The notes: generated by a model from the sequence alone, not told the origin. A stretch of DNA of 64,000 nucleotides from an uncultured Verrucomicrobiae bacterium (GCA_963837955.1 CAWIPH010000002.1:1088001-1152000); one strand, 5' to 3'; positions 19,904 through 30,193 are shown, numbered from the stretch's first letter. Translations and numbers: made by a program.

Positions 19904-19919
19904 TGGCGCGACGCGCCTC

Positions 19920-19951
19920 CGTACCTGCGGCGCAAAGGCGCCGCAGGTACG
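19920..19951. terminator. 14-bp GC-rich hairpin after the epimerase/SDR stop
   Basis: CGTACCTGCGGCGC-AAAG-GCGCCGCAGGTACG; no U-tract, so terminator function is uncertain. Confidence 0.5.
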
Positions 19952-19959
19952 CGGTCTGT

Positions 19960-20853
19960 TCAGGTTTCGAAATAGCGCGGCCGGTCGAGATCGGGAATGA
20001 GCCCGGGCTGTGTTGGGCGCCATCCCAGCCCTTCCTGCGTCTGTGCGCTTGAGGCCGGGCAGTCGACACCCACGAAGAACCCGAGGAAGCCAAAATGGTC
20101 GGCTGCCTCCTCGCGCGACTTGCCGACGACCGGCACGTTCAGCCGCCGCCCGATTACCTCAGCGATCTCTCGGAACGGCACGCCCTCGTCCGCGACCCCG
20201 TGATACCGGGCTCCCGTGGAGCCCTTCTCAAGCACGAGCCTGTAGAGATGAGCAGCATCGAGCCGGTGGACCGCGGGCCAGCGGTTGAGCCCGTCACCCA
20301 CATACGCCGAAGCGCCCTTTTGCCGCGCGATGCCGATGAGAGCCGGAACGAAACCGTGATCGCCATCGCCATGGACCGACGGGGGAAGACGGACCACCGA
20401 CGCGCGCACCCCACGCGTCGCCACCGAGGCGGCCGTCGCTTCCGAAGCGCGGGGATATGATGTGGAGGTGGGAACAGGCGCATCTTCCTCGGTCGCGATG
20501 CGGCCCGACGCCAGGAGCGCGACCCCGGAGGTTACGAGCAGGGGGCGGTTGGAGCCTTCGAGCACGGCGCCGAGCCCCTCGATGGCGCGTCGGTCCATCT
20601 CGCAGTTTTCCGCGAATTTCGAGAAGTCGTGGTTGAAGGCAGTGTGAATCACGCCATCCGACATGGCTGCTCCACTGCGCAGGCTTTCCAGGTCTTCAAG
20701 ATCACCTCGATGCACCTGGGCACCAGCGGCGATAAGAGACTTGGCGCCCGCATCTGAGCGAGCCAGACCGATCACCTCGTGCCCCGCTGTAAGTAACTCA
20801 CGGACGATGGCTGAGCCAATGAAGCCCGTGGCTCCCGTCACAAAGACACGCAT
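19960..20853 (-). CDS. Atypical SDR / NAD-dependent epimerase-dehydratase family protein
   Basis: [39 protein letters not shown]. Confidence 0.9.
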   Translation of the reverse strand: MRVFVTGATGFIGSAIVRELLTAGHEVIGLARSDAGAKSLIAAGAQVHRGDLEDLESLRSGAAMSDGVIHTAFNHDFSKFAENCEMDRRAIEGLGAVLEGSNRPLLVTSGVALLASGRIATEEDAPVPTSTSYPRASEATAASVATRGVRASVVRLPPSVHGDGDHGFVPALIGIARQKGASAYVGDGLNRWPAVHRLDAAHLYRLVLEKGSTGARYHGVADEGVPFREIAEVIGRRLNVPVVGKSREEAADHFGFLGFFVGVDCPASSAQTQEGLGWRPTQPGLIPDLDRPRYFET

Positions 20854-21029
20854 GCTGAGCTCCTTTCATCCGGAGTCACGGACGCAACGCCGGGATCGGC
20901 GTCCGTTGTTTGATCCAGGACCTGTTGCCGGCGTCCCGCGATGATGACCTTATGGCCGAGAGCGGGAAACGCTTCAGCCCGTCCTCGACCGATGCCGGTA
21001 ACGAGGATTGTGTTTTCGCTTAGCTTCAT
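20838..21029 (-). pseudogene. Truncated DltE-like SDR
   Basis: MKLSENTILVTG-GIGRG..KVIIAGRR Rossmann start with a shortened Gly motif; the rest of the gene is missing. Confidence 0.7.
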
Positions 21030-21036
21030 GGCACAA

Positions 21037-21112
21037 TGTAGGCAGAGCCAGCATTGTAGTCAATGGCTACATAGCTTGAAAAGTAGTCAGACCGTTGCAG
21101 TCAATGACAACA
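21037..21112. promoter_or_regulatory. Three related 17-bp palindromic TetR operators
   Basis: TGTAGGCAGAGCCAGCA (21037), TGTAGTCAATGGCTACA (21055) and TGCAGTCAATGACAACA (21096), between divergent genes. Confidence 0.65.
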
Positions 21113-21151
21113 TGCGGTAAAATTTGAAAGTGACATTGTGAGCTCCTCTGA

Positions 21152-21757
21152 GTGAAGCCTTCGACCCGTCCCTACCACCACGGTAATCTGCGCCAAGCAC
21201 TGCTGCAGGCGGCAGAAGTCGCGCTGGAAGCACGCGGCGTCCAGCATTTGTCATTGCGCGAACTGAGCCGCGAATTGGGGGTAAGCCACGCTTCACCGCA
21301 ACGGCATTTTGCGACGAAACAAGACCTCATCGATGCTCTCGCGATCATGGGTTTTGAACGATTGAGCTCGGTCGTGGCTAAAGCGGCAGAAGCTCGCAAC
21401 CAAGATTTTAACGCACGATTGACGAAAGCGGCGTTTGCTTACGTCGGATTCGCCCTCAAACATCCAGCGTTATTCGCTTTGATGTTTGAGGCGAAGCGGC
21501 GGGCGGGGATGCTTCCGGAACTTCGGACGGCCCTCATGGCGGCGTATTCGCATACCCCAAAGATTTTGAAAGAAGGTCAAGAAGCAGGAAAGATCGTCGC
21601 AGGCGATCCCGATCGTTTGGCCCTTACCCTTGGTGCGGCACTCCACGGATTGGTCGCTATCTCAATCGACGGGAAAATCAAAGGCGCTCCGCTCAAGACC
21701 ATCGTACCCGAAACTGTCCAGCATGTGCTTAAGGGGTTGAGCACAAACAAAACTTGA
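21152..21757 (+). CDS. TetR-family regulator (WHG-like C-terminal domain)
   Basis: YHHGNLRQALL, LSLRELSRELGVSHASPQRHFATK, LHGLV. Confidence 0.92.
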   Translation: MKPSTRPYHHGNLRQALLQAAEVALEARGVQHLSLRELSRELGVSHASPQRHFATKQDLIDALAIMGFERLSSVVAKAAEARNQDFNARLTKAAFAYVGFALKHPALFALMFEAKRRAGMLPELRTALMAAYSHTPKILKEGQEAGKIVAGDPDRLALTLGAALHGLVAISIDGKIKGAPLKTIVPETVQHVLKGLSTNKT

Positions 21758-21861
21758 TACCCCTCGTTGCCATTGTACGCGGTGAACCGCCAGCTTGTTG
21801 TCGCGGCAGTTTAGCTATTACCACGATCCCAGCCTCAGGTCGAAAATTGCAGCGAGTTCAC

Positions 21862-22025
21862 CTATATAATGAAGTAGGGGATGAGCGGCAACCGTCCAAC
21901 GCGCAACAGCCAGCCATCACCCAGCCGTACGCCAATGTTGCCGCTCTCGCCTGGACTCAAACCGCGAGCATACAAACTTCGGACGATTTCGACGATACGA
22001 TCACGAATCTGCGTTTCGCTTTCAT
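21862..22025 (-). pseudogene. otnC: Truncated class II aldolase / 3-oxo-tetronate 4-phosphate decarboxylase
   Basis: SETQIRDRIVEIVRSLYARGLSPGESGNIGVRLGDGWL is a class II aldolase N-terminus. It sits directly after otnK (ATGA overlap, out of frame) and stops after about 40 codons. Confidence 0.7.
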
Positions 22026-23278
22026 GAAAGAGTATTCCAAGCATGGGTGAGGAAATTTGCGGCTCCGAAATTGCCAGATTTGAGCGCGAGAGCCACAGGA
22101 TGAGGTCCGCCTAAACCGAGGGTCCAGGGAACCCCAGGCGCAATTTCTTTGCCAATGCGTAGAGCTCGAATTTTGAGCGCGTTAACGACTGCGCCAGAGG
22201 TCTCTCCACCAGCGACAATGAGTTGGCGCACCCCTTCCTCGACAAGGGACGAAGCAAGCGTTGATAATGCTTGCTCAACCAATTCGCTCGCGTGCTGGAA
22301 GCCGAGTTGGGTCTGGGCTACGGACACTTCCACTGGATTGCCGCTACTGTAAATCAGTACGGTTTCGTCCTGATTCAAATGCCCTCGGGCCCAGGATAAA
22401 GCATCCTTAAGCGCCCCAGCGAAGTCATAGTGCAGATCAAACGGCCGAAGCTGGAAGGAGGGGTATTCGGCTTTCGCGTGCTCAATCTGGGCAAGGGTGG
22501 TCTTTGAACAACTCCCTGCGAAAATAGCGCGTTTTCCGGCTGGAATGGAAAATGCCGGAGTAGAAGGTGCGTTGACGGTATCGGGGCGCAGCCCGAGTGC
22601 TAAACCTGAACTACCGGTAACCAGCTTGAGATCAGATACAGATTCACCCAAAGTCAGCAGATCTTGATTCGAAGTAGTGTCCGTGACGGCCATTCGTATG
22701 CCTAAGTCGCGCAACTCTGCGATTTGCTGCCGAATAGCTTCAATTCCCTGGATGATCGTGTCGGATCGGATCAGACCAACGCGGGATTGCGTCTGCGCCG
22801 AGAGAACGCGGACGATGTTTGCGTCAGTCATCGGAGTTAGCGGATGGTTTTGCATCCCGCTCTCGTTCAGGAGCTGATTGTGCACAAAAAGGTGGCCTTG
22901 ATAAACGGTTCTTCCGTTATCCGGAAAGGCCGGGCACAGGACGGTAAGCGGCTCGCCAAGCTCGTCCAAAAGCGCGTCGATGACCGGACCGATATTTCCC
23001 GCCGGCGTGGAATCAAAGGTCGAACAGTATTTAAAATAGAACTGGCGGCACCCTACTGCCTGCAGCCACCGCAACGCCTCCAGGGAAAGGGCCTTCGCCT
23101 CACTCGCAGGAATGGTTCGGCTCTTTAGCGCTACAACAATGGCGTCGACGTCACTCAATTCGGCTCCTGCGGAGGGGACTCCCAGAGTTTGGACGGTTCG
23201 GAAACCGCGCTTGACGAGATTACCGCTGAGATCTGTGCCGCCGGTGAAATCATCGGCTATGCAACCAAGGGAGGACAT
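22022..23278 (-). CDS. otnK: 3-oxo-tetronate kinase (DUF1537 four-carbon acid-sugar kinase)
   Basis: GCIADDFTGGTD, ALKSRT, YFKYCSTFDST..GNIGP, HPLTPMTD, AGGETSG, LKSGNFG. Confidence 0.9.
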   Translation of the reverse strand: MSSLGCIADDFTGGTDLSGNLVKRGFRTVQTLGVPSAGAELSDVDAIVVALKSRTIPASEAKALSLEALRWLQAVGCRQFYFKYCSTFDSTPAGNIGPVIDALLDELGEPLTVLCPAFPDNGRTVYQGHLFVHNQLLNESGMQNHPLTPMTDANIVRVLSAQTQSRVGLIRSDTIIQGIEAIRQQIAELRDLGIRMAVTDTTSNQDLLTLGESVSDLKLVTGSSGLALGLRPDTVNAPSTPAFSIPAGKRAIFAGSCSKTTLAQIEHAKAEYPSFQLRPFDLHYDFAGALKDALSWARGHLNQDETVLIYSSGNPVEVSVAQTQLGFQHASELVEQALSTLASSLVEEGVRQLIVAGGETSGAVVNALKIRALRIGKEIAPGVPWTLGLGGPHPVALALKSGNFGAANFLTHAWNTLS

Positions 23279-23418
23279 AGTAGTCGCTCTGAGGGAATTC
23301 GTTTATAGGTGCTTCAGGATGCTGGGATTTGGCTATCAACGGGCGGGACGAGGCCGAATAGGATCTCGCAAGAAAGTCAATCTCGATTCTAGACGAGCGC
23401 TTTGGGGTGCGGGGTCCG

Positions 23419-24204
23419 TCAGGTCTTGCCAGGCTGTAAGTCAGCGACTACTTCGCGAAATTTTTGAGCAATCAGTAGCGTGGAAGCCAGGGCCACAAAA
23501 GACGCTCCTTTAGCGGTCCAGGCATTTGCGTCTTTGGCATCTCGCGCGAAGGTACCGAGTTTGACGTTCGGCTTGGAGGCAACGGTACTGCAGATCCGAG
23601 TAAACGCTTCAACAACGGCCGGGTGATCGCTTTCTCCGGGATAGCCGAGTCCGAGCGACAGGTCCGCTGGACCGATAAACACACAGTCAATGTACGGAAC
23701 CGAAGCAATCTCCCCCACGTGCTCAATAGCTTCCGGATCCTCGATCTGTACGGCTATAAGTGTGTTTTCTTCTGCAGCGCGAAGATGCTCTTTGAGATTG
23801 GAAAACGCGTGTCGTGCCGCGCGCGTTGTGGTCGCCAGACCGCGCCGGCCGATCGGCGGATAGTGGGCTGCTCGCACAATCGCTTCGGCTTCCAACTTTG
23901 TGTTCACATGCGGAACAATGATGCCTTCAGCGCCGATATCGAGTGCCCCAAGGATCTCGGCAGGGTGGTGGCTTCCCACACGGACAACTGCAGGCATGCC
24001 AAAGCTCTCGGCAGCGCGAACGTGGTGTTCCCATTCGAGGGTTTCGCCGCTGCCATGCTCTCCGTCGATGAACGCGAAATCGAATCCCGCGGCTGCACAC
24101 ATCTCTACCAACGCGGGCGCTGGCGGTTTGATGACAACCCCGTATAAGGCTTCACCGCCAAGAAGTCGCTGGCGTAGCGATCGTTCAGCGCTTCTTTGTT
24201 TCAT
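23419..24204 (-). CDS. HpcH/HpaI family aldolase
   Basis: GFDFAFIDGEHG, LDIGAEGIIVPHV, YPPIGRRG, QIE, FIGPADLS. Start 24204 forms an ATGA overlap with the M24 gene. Confidence 0.9.
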   Translation of the reverse strand: MKQRSAERSLRQRLLGGEALYGVVIKPPAPALVEMCAAAGFDFAFIDGEHGSGETLEWEHHVRAAESFGMPAVVRVGSHHPAEILGALDIGAEGIIVPHVNTKLEAEAIVRAAHYPPIGRRGLATTTRAARHAFSNLKEHLRAAEENTLIAVQIEDPEAIEHVGEIASVPYIDCVFIGPADLSLGLGYPGESDHPAVVEAFTRICSTVASKPNVKLGTFARDAKDANAWTAKGASFVALASTLLIAQKFREVVADLQPGKT

Positions 24205-25352
24205 ACTTCGTTCCAATGCCGTCCCCAGTCTCCATAAGCCTCCCAGCCGGTCTCAGTGACCACAACGGTGTCTTCGAGCTTAATAAAGCCGGCTTCCGGA
24301 TGTTTGATGCCGGTTTCAATCGAAAGGACCATGCCGGATTCGAGTGCGCGTTCGGCGTGGACACCGTCGTAACCGATCTCATCGTTGTGCCGCAGGCGCG
24401 GCGCCTCATGGCTAATCAAGCCCATTCCGTGCGCGACGAATCCAAAGCTTTTTCCGAACTTACACTGCTCGGTCGCCCTGTGCCCGGCTTCGTAAACTTC
24501 GTGCCCAAGTCGGCCGGGACCGATTACGAGACGAGTTTGATCCTGGACAAACAGAATTTCGTTGAGAAGCTCTTGCATCAGTTCGGTCGGTGGTCCCATC
24601 ACCGCCATGCGTGCCATGTCTGCGAGGTAACCGTGGTAATGGCCGGCCGTATCGAGAGACAGCACTTCTCCTGGATTCCAGGGCCGGTTCGAAGGCGCCC
24701 TCCCAAAGGTTGGTCCACTCGTAATAAGAGCGTAATCAAAAGTAAGGCCACGGTGAGACTGCTCGAGCCGCAATTGCTCTACGAGTTGCGCCTCGGTTAT
24801 GCCCGGCTTCGCGCTCTCGAATGTTGCCAGCATTGAGTCAACAACGGCTGCAGCGCCCATTTGGAGATACTCTAGCTCCTGCTTAGTTTTTACTGCGCGC
24901 AGCTCCTCGAGAATTGGAAGCGCCTCAACGAACTCTGTATTTGATAATTCGCGTCGGAGCGTATCTATGGCGTCCGCCGGAAAAAACGAGAACTCAAGCG
25001 CGATGCGGCCCGTGGTGAACCCGGCCTTTCGAATAAGCTCCGCGGCTGCCATCGCAGAATCCACACTGGACCAGGAACGAGTCAGCGTATTGGGCGTCCA
25101 GATAGGAAAAACTTCCAGACCCCAAGCTTCATTACCTGCTCCGACGTAGAACGCCAGTTCAGGTCTACCCCGAAAGTAACCGACAACAGGCAAGTAGCGG
25201 CCAGTACCAATTGCGTCAGCATGTTCAAAGAAAAAGTAGCGATAACCGCCAAGCAAGTACTGCACGTTGTGTTTGGTGACGGCAAGCACGAGTTCGATTC
25301 CGGTTTCGTCGAGCAATCGATCAAGTTTTTTGGCATCAAAAGGAGGCGTCAT
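24201..25352 (-). CDS. M24 (pita-bread fold) metallohydrolase, Xaa-Pro peptidase-like
   Basis: Creatinase-type N-domain, LRAVKT..EL, and ligands D (SLDTAG), D (ADMAR), H (HGMG), E (SIET), E (KLEDT). Confidence 0.85.
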   Translation of the reverse strand: MTPPFDAKKLDRLLDETGIELVLAVTKHNVQYLLGGYRYFFFEHADAIGTGRYLPVVGYFRGRPELAFYVGAGNEAWGLEVFPIWTPNTLTRSWSSVDSAMAAAELIRKAGFTTGRIALEFSFFPADAIDTLRRELSNTEFVEALPILEELRAVKTKQELEYLQMGAAAVVDSMLATFESAKPGITEAQLVEQLRLEQSHRGLTFDYALITSGPTFGRAPSNRPWNPGEVLSLDTAGHYHGYLADMARMAVMGPPTELMQELLNEILFVQDQTRLVIGPGRLGHEVYEAGHRATEQCKFGKSFGFVAHGMGLISHEAPRLRHNDEIGYDGVHAERALESGMVLSIETGIKHPEAGFIKLEDTVVVTETGWEAYGDWGRHWNEV

Positions 25353-25534
25353 AAATTAGAAGGAGAAGGGTTCCCGTCTCACATTAAAGATCGAGTGAAG
25401 CCAGCTCGTGATTGGTACCAGATTCGTCGTTTACTCCTATCATGACCGTCGGATCGAGCCGTGGCTTTACCGAGCCGCGCTTCGCCTCCTTCAGTAGGAC
25501 CAACAGAAAATCTAGCTAGGCTGATCATTAATGC

Positions 25535-26314
25535 TCACCACAGCGTCTGGCCACCTTCAATGATCAGGTTGTGGCCTGTCATGTAATCGGAGACTTCTGA
25601 GGCGAGGTACACGGCCGCGCCGGCGAGGTCCTCAAGCTCACACAATCTGCCCATCGGGATATCTCTTATCCAGCCCTCGACAAGAGGCGCCAGCGCCGGC
25701 GACTCCATGATAAGCTTTGTCCGCAGAATGCCAGGTGAAATACAATTTACTCGCACTCCGCGGTCGGCCCACTCTGCCGCGAGGCTTCTTGTTAAGTTTA
25801 CGACGCCAGCTTTTGACGTGTTATAGGCAGCTTGTTTCTGCGGATGCGGTACAATGACGCTCGACATTGACGCAGTGTTGATAATTTTGCCGTAGCCCGC
25901 CTTGAGCATGACTCTTCCCTCGGCTTGGCAGCAGAGAAAAACCCCACGTAAGTTCACCTCAAAAGTCTCGTTCCATTCGACGAGGGAAGTTTCCTCAGCC
26001 GCGGAATTCCGGTTAATACCAGCGTTATTGAACGCGATATGCAGATCTCCGAAGTGGCTCGTTATTTGAGAGACCATGCCTTCTACTTGTTCGGGAAACC
26101 GGATGTCGCAGGTAACTGCTATTGCCTCTTTGTTGTACGATTTGATCGCGGCCGCTATTTTCTCAGCGTTAGCTCCATTTATGTCGACAACCGCCACTCT
26201 AGCACCAGCTTGGGCGAGAGCGTGCGCCAAAGCTTCACCGATTCCCTGACCAGCACCGGTCACAAGAGCAGTTCGACCATTTAGTTTAAATCGTTCGAGA
26301 ATGGGAGTAGGCAT
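25535..26314 (-). CDS. SDR, polyol/ketose reductase-like
   Basis: TGAGQGIG, NNAGI, INTASMS..VPHPQKQAAYNTSKAGV, resembling sorbose/mannitol-type SDRs. Confidence 0.88.
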   Translation of the reverse strand: MPTPILERFKLNGRTALVTGAGQGIGEALAHALAQAGARVAVVDINGANAEKIAAAIKSYNKEAIAVTCDIRFPEQVEGMVSQITSHFGDLHIAFNNAGINRNSAAEETSLVEWNETFEVNLRGVFLCCQAEGRVMLKAGYGKIINTASMSSVIVPHPQKQAAYNTSKAGVVNLTRSLAAEWADRGVRVNCISPGILRTKLIMESPALAPLVEGWIRDIPMGRLCELEDLAGAAVYLASEVSDYMTGHNLIIEGGQTLW

Positions 26315-26388
26315 AATGCGGGAGAGTTGAGCGCTGGCCTGGAAGATATCCTAGCCTGGAGTTTCCTACGCGCCGTTTCCGTCCATCA

Positions 26389-27339
26389 CTATTCGGACTT
26401 GCCTTGTTCCGCATCAGTAATATTAGCGCTCGTAATGATCACCGGTGCTAAGATGGCAGGGGTCAAAGTCTTCTTGTCTCGCAAGAACGCGGTCATCGCG
26501 TCGAGCGCGGTGCGTACCTGGCCGCCGAGACGTTGATCCACGGTGGCGTACAGCCATCCATCTTTCACGGCATTTAGCGCGTCCGGCATTGCGTCGCATC
26601 CGATCACCGCCACCTTGCCCGCAGCTAGATTCTCAGTGCGGAGCGCCTCAATAGCTCCTAAAGCCATGTCATCGTTGGCCGACACAATGGCATCTGGCTG
26701 GTAGCCAAGCGATGTTAGTATATTCTGGGTTACGCGTAAGCCCTCTGGTCTTTGCCACTTCGCAGTTTGGCGAGCGACAATCTTATACTTGTCCTTTTCC
26801 TTTTCGATCGCGTCGAAGAAACCTTTCGCTCGCAGAACAGCCGAGCCGGAGCCGGGCTCTCCATCAAGGAAGATCAGCTTCGCGCCATTCGGAAATTTCT
26901 TTTCAAGCGCTTCTGCCATTGCTCGCCCGACCGCCTCCTGGTCCGCGCCGTAATGAATGGTTGGTTTTGCGGTGCCTTTGACTACGCTGCAGAATGTGAC
27001 GACCGGAACCTTCTCGGAAACCAGATCATCGATTATCGCGGCCGACGCTTGTTCGTCGACCGGCTCGATGACAATACCGGCGACGCCTCTAGTCACAACC
27101 CCACGAAGATCACTGGCCTCTCTGCTGGTGTCTCCCTGAGCGTCAACGACCACGACGTCAACGCCTAGTTTTTTCCCTTCGTCCTGAGCACAGCGTCCCA
27201 TGAACGCAGTGGCTGCCCAAGCGAGATTAGGCAGACTCACACCGATTTCGAGATTTTTCGCTTCGACGATGAGCGGAAACGACAGAAGAACGGCGCTTAG
27301 AGCCGTGAAATAACGTTGCCAAGAGATATAAGCTTTCAT
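26389..27339 (-). CDS. Sugar ABC transporter substrate-binding protein (RbsB/inositol-binding-like)
   Basis: Signal peptide ending VEA, DAQGD, GEPGSGSA..RAKGF, ANDDMALGA, IGCDA, ATVDQ. Confidence 0.9.
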   Translation of the reverse strand: MKAYISWQRYFTALSAVLLSFPLIVEAKNLEIGVSLPNLAWAATAFMGRCAQDEGKKLGVDVVVVDAQGDTSREASDLRGVVTRGVAGIVIEPVDEQASAAIIDDLVSEKVPVVTFCSVVKGTAKPTIHYGADQEAVGRAMAEALEKKFPNGAKLIFLDGEPGSGSAVLRAKGFFDAIEKEKDKYKIVARQTAKWQRPEGLRVTQNILTSLGYQPDAIVSANDDMALGAIEALRTENLAAGKVAVIGCDAMPDALNAVKDGWLYATVDQRLGGQVRTALDAMTAFLRDKKTLTPAILAPVIITSANITDAEQGKSE

Positions 27340-27370
27340 TGGTTTTGGGGGGTGAATAGAATCGATTATG

Positions 27371-27504
27371 TGGTCAACTGGTCGACCAGTCAAGCGGTTC
27401 TTGCCGGAAAAACATGATTCCCTTATCGCACTTGTCCACCGCTTCGGGTTTATCTTTCATTCGGACTGGCTACCTGAAAATTTATTGGTAAGCCGGTTGA
27501 CCAG
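27371..27504. promoter_or_regulatory. GntR/FadR-type operators in the divergent SBP/ABC promoter
   Basis: Perfect palindrome ACTGGTCGACCAGT (27377-27390), with related TGGTCAACTG (27371) and CGGTTGACCAG (27494-27504). Confidence 0.7.
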
Positions 27505-27533
27505 ATCGTGCTTCGAAAATATGCTTCTCGAAA

Positions 27534-29111
27534 ATGCTAGCTGAAGCAGCTGTCCCCCCAACCAACGTTCCGTTACTCGATGTTCGCGGTCTCAGTAAGT
27601 CTTTCCCCGGTGTCGCCGCACTCAATGGAGTCGCCTTTGCGCTTGCTCCGGGGGAAGTGCATGCCCTCTTGGGCGAGAATGGTGCCGGCAAATCGACTTT
27701 GCTCAAAATTCTTTCTGGTGCCCAATACCAGGACGCTGGAACTCTCAAGTTTGCCGGTCAGTTGCTCGGCCGCGAGTCGCCCTTGGAGCGGCAGCGCTTG
27801 GGAATCGTCACTGTTTACCAAGAATTCAATCTGATGCCGAACCTGTCCGTAGCGGAAAATATTTTGATCGGCAGAGAACCTACCAAGTTTCGGCTTGTCG
27901 ATTGGAAAGCGATGTATCGTAGGGCCGGAGAAGTCGCCCAGCGATTGGATCTGGCTGTGGATCCGCGAACTCCAGTTGCTGCGCTCAGCGTCGCCGAACA
28001 ACAATTAGTCGAAATCGCCAAAGCGATAAATCTGCAAGCCAAGCTAATCATTCTAGATGAACCAACTGCCGCTCTAAGTAATCGCGAAGTAGCCCGCCTG
28101 CACAAACTTGTTCACGCTCTGAAAACGCAAAACATCGCCTTTATCTACGTCACTCATCGGTTGGACGAAGTTCCTACCATTTGCGATCGATTTACCGTTC
28201 TTCGCGACGGAAAATTCGCCGGGTCCGGAGATCCGCGTCACTGTGCCACCAGCGATATCATTCGGATGATGGTCGGTCGCGACCTCGAGCCATCCCCAGC
28301 GCACCAATCTGTGGCTCGGCAATCCTCAGAGATCGTATTGCAAGTGGTCAATTTCACGCGGACGAAGAAGTTGCCATCGGCTCCTGCGATCATGCTGCGA
28401 AGCATAAGCCTGGAGCTAAGGCACGGCGAGATTTTGGGACTTGCCGGCTTGGTAGGCGCAGGCAGAACCGAACTGGTCAGGGCCATTTTCGGAATTGATC
28501 CGATCGAAAGCGGACAACTATTTTTGAACGGCAAAGCCATCAAAATCAAATCGCCACGTGATGCCATCCGCCATGGCATCGCCATGGTCCCCGAGGACCG
28601 CAAGCAACAAGGACTGTTTCTCAACCAGTCGATCCGACACAATCTCAGTCTATCGAATCTCTCGAAGCTCTCTCGTCTGAAATACTTTGTCGATCCAGGC
28701 GCAGAGAATCGCCTCATTGAACGGTTTCGACAATCCCTGCAGATTCGAATGCCGAGCTCAGAATCGCCCGTAAGAACGCTTTCCGGCGGCAATCAGCAGA
28801 AGATCATTCTGGCACGGTGTTTGGCGCTGTCTCCGAAGATTCTGATCGTTGATGAGCCAACCCGCGGCATTGACGTGGGCGCGAAAGCCGAAGTCCACAA
28901 TCTGCTTCGCCAACAAACCGCAACAGGGACAGCGGTGCTGGTCATCTCGTCAGAGCTCCCGGAACTAATCTCACTCTGCAGCCGAATCTATACCGTCAAA
29001 GAAGGCAGAATTACGGGGCAGATGGCCGCAGAAGAAGCATCCGAAGAAAAACTGATGACCCTCATGACACTCGCACCCTCTGAGCGGCACGCACACGCTA
29101 TAATTGACTGA
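27534..29111 (+). CDS. Sugar ABC transporter ATP-binding protein (CUT2, tandem ATPase)
   Basis: GENGAGKST, ILDEPTAAL, VPEDRK, LSGGNQQK, DEPTRGIDVGAK. Confidence 0.95.
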   Translation: MLAEAAVPPTNVPLLDVRGLSKSFPGVAALNGVAFALAPGEVHALLGENGAGKSTLLKILSGAQYQDAGTLKFAGQLLGRESPLERQRLGIVTVYQEFNLMPNLSVAENILIGREPTKFRLVDWKAMYRRAGEVAQRLDLAVDPRTPVAALSVAEQQLVEIAKAINLQAKLIILDEPTAALSNREVARLHKLVHALKTQNIAFIYVTHRLDEVPTICDRFTVLRDGKFAGSGDPRHCATSDIIRMMVGRDLEPSPAHQSVARQSSEIVLQVVNFTRTKKLPSAPAIMLRSISLELRHGEILGLAGLVGAGRTELVRAIFGIDPIESGQLFLNGKAIKIKSPRDAIRHGIAMVPEDRKQQGLFLNQSIRHNLSLSNLSKLSRLKYFVDPGAENRLIERFRQSLQIRMPSSESPVRTLSGGNQQKIILARCLALSPKILIVDEPTRGIDVGAKAEVHNLLRQQTATGTAVLVISSELPELISLCSRIYTVKEGRITGQMAAEEASEEKLMTLMTLAPSERHAHAIID

Positions 29112-30153
29112 CTCCGCGGACCTGAAATCTATGCTAACGATCACACAAGCTGGCGAGCAATCGACGAGTCCGTCGAAAAGAGTAGAATTGATTGCTATTC
29201 TCGAAAAGTTTGGCGTCTTTCTGTTTCTCCTCCTTCTCACCGTTTTCTTTCAACTGCAAAACGAGCGATTCCTCTCAATCCGGAACATCTTGAACATTTT
29301 GTCCGACGTTTCGATTTACGGAATCTTATCCGTCGGAATGACCTTCGTAATTCTTACCTCCGGGATTGATTTATCGATAGGGTCACTGCTTGCGTTCGGC
29401 TCCATGTGCGGTGCAGTCGCAGTCAAGTCTTGGCCTGGTCTGAGTCCCACGGGTTTAAGCTGGTTAGTTGCACTCGGGATCTCTCTGACCGTCGGGTCCG
29501 CCGCAGGTTATCTGCATGGAAAGGCGATAACTAGACTACGCGTACCTGCCTTTATCGTTACTTTAGGCGGTATGACACTTTGGCGAGGAGCAACGTTGAT
29601 GCTAAGCAATGGATCACCGGTTAGCGGGTTTGATAATTCCTATCGCTGGTGGGGACGAGGCGACATCCTGGGCGTCCCGTCCCTAGTTTTAGTCTCTATG
29701 ATAGTAGCCTCTCTTGGGTTCATCATACTTCGCTACACATGTTTCGGACGTCATATATACGCCGTCGGGGATAATTCCGAGGCAGCCAGATTGTCCGGCC
29801 TAGACGTCGACGGCATCTTGATTCGGGTTTACACTATTATGGGCTGCTTGGCCGGGTTGGCCGGCTTCATTCTGTCAGCTCGACTGAGCTCGGCCGAAGC
29901 TGTCGCGGGCGAAGGTTATGAACTCCGAGTGATCGCGTCTGTAGTGATCGGCGGGACGAGCCTGTTTGGTGGTCTCGGCGGAATCATCGGGACGATTGTC
30001 GGAACGTTGTTAATTGGGGTTTTACTGAACGGCCTGGTGATTATGAACGTGTCAGCCTATTCACAGCAGGTAATTATTGGGATAATTATCGTCTTGGCGG
30101 TCGCTTTCGACACTTTTGCCAAGTCCCGGCACGGTCGGGCTGTTGGTAAGTAG
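29104..30153 (+). CDS. Sugar ABC transporter permease
   Basis: GMTFVILTSGIDLSIG, PAFIVTLG, EAARLSG, YELRVIASVVIGGTSL. Confidence 0.95.
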   Translation: MTDSADLKSMLTITQAGEQSTSPSKRVELIAILEKFGVFLFLLLLTVFFQLQNERFLSIRNILNILSDVSIYGILSVGMTFVILTSGIDLSIGSLLAFGSMCGAVAVKSWPGLSPTGLSWLVALGISLTVGSAAGYLHGKAITRLRVPAFIVTLGGMTLWRGATLMLSNGSPVSGFDNSYRWWGRGDILGVPSLVLVSMIVASLGFIILRYTCFGRHIYAVGDNSEAARLSGLDVDGILIRVYTIMGCLAGLAGFILSARLSSAEAVAGEGYELRVIASVVIGGTSLFGGLGGIIGTIVGTLLIGVLLNGLVIMNVSAYSQQVIIGIIIVLAVAFDTFAKSRHGRAVGK

Positions 30154-30193
30154 TAAACCTTCCCCAATCACTGAGCATATCACCGCTGAATCT

